Assembly: GCA_000091205.1 (NCBI GenBank)
Contig: AP006499.2
Direction: 5' to 3' (one strand)
Length of the DNA: 64,000 nt
Source: Cyanidioschyzon merolae
Lineage: Eukaryota
Shown here: one piece after another, positions 63,853-64,000 of the stretch
Layout of the letters: each line of letters begins with the position of its first letter
Numbering within the stretch: position 1 is the first letter of the stretch
Translations under genes and position numbers: made by a program
The notes under the pieces: generated by a model
What the model saw: the letters and a program-made list of their open reading frames with translations, nothing else
What the model was told of the DNA's origin: nothing
Databases searched by the model: none

Positions 63853-64000
63853 TCAGCTCGTAAAGTAATAGCACACGCAAATGATGAAATAAACCGCAAG
63901 AAGCTCAATACCCTCGAGCCAGTTGCTCGTGCTGTCCCGCATCGCGTTCGCCAGCACCACCGTCGAAGCGATCAGGGCAAAGCCCCCAAACAACGGGATC
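63853..64000 (-). CDS. C-terminal end of a CaCA-family cation/H+ exchanger (CAX-like); the gene continues beyond the right edge
   Basis: Reverse-strand translation IPLFGGFALIASTVVLANAMRDSTSNWLEGIELLAVYFIICVCYYFTS* parallels the CAX C-terminus ...FMLQEGTSNYFKGLMLILCYLIVAASFF, with a stop at 63853-63855. Confidence 0.45.
   Translation of the reverse strand, partial: IPLFGGFALIASTVVLANAMRDSTSNWLEGIELLAVYFIICVCYYFTS

Noticed and set aside
1-64000. Prokaryotic interpretation (operons, RBS, terminators)
   Set aside because: A GT-AG intron restores the HSP60 frame. Eukaryote-only genes are present (RPN2, CBP20, Dopey, RTEL1). ORF sizes and disordered low-complexity tails are eukaryote-like.

Overview
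This window looks like eukaryotic nuclear DNA. The ORFs are long and mostly intron-free, and one GT-AG intron is recognisable in the HSP60 gene. Eukaryote-specific genes are present: proteasome RPN2, cap-binding CBP20, Dopey and an RTEL1-like helicase. A thylakoid-lumen-type pentapeptide-repeat protein, a bacterial-type (organellar) TyrRS and a bifunctional HPPK-DHPS suggest a plastid-bearing protist or alga, but the taxon cannot be fixed from sequence alone. About 20 protein-coding genes are supported on both strands: RTEL1-like helicase, an MFS sugar-phosphate transporter, a pentapeptide-repeat protein, a FUSC/ALMT-like membrane protein, a DUF547 protein, HSP60, endonuclease V, Dopey, an SDR, TyrRS, a possible Pol-delta subunit 3, HPPK-DHPS, cN-II 5'-nucleotidase, CBP20, RPN2 and a CAX fragment at the right edge. 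The most unusual content is two copies of a TnpB/Fanzor-like RuvC-nuclease gene, at about 5.7-8.2 kb (near-intact) and 52.9-54 kb (decayed, frameshifted). Each is inserted directly upstream of a minus-strand host gene. Three families of dispersed non-coding repeats are visible: a ~280-bp family with 2 copies, a ~190-bp family with 3 copies, and a ~600-bp inverted pair flanking the FUSC-like gene. There are also two perfect tandem minisatellites (119 bp x3, 72 bp x4) and several microsatellites. No rRNA or CRISPR was seen, and no tRNA was recognisable by eye.
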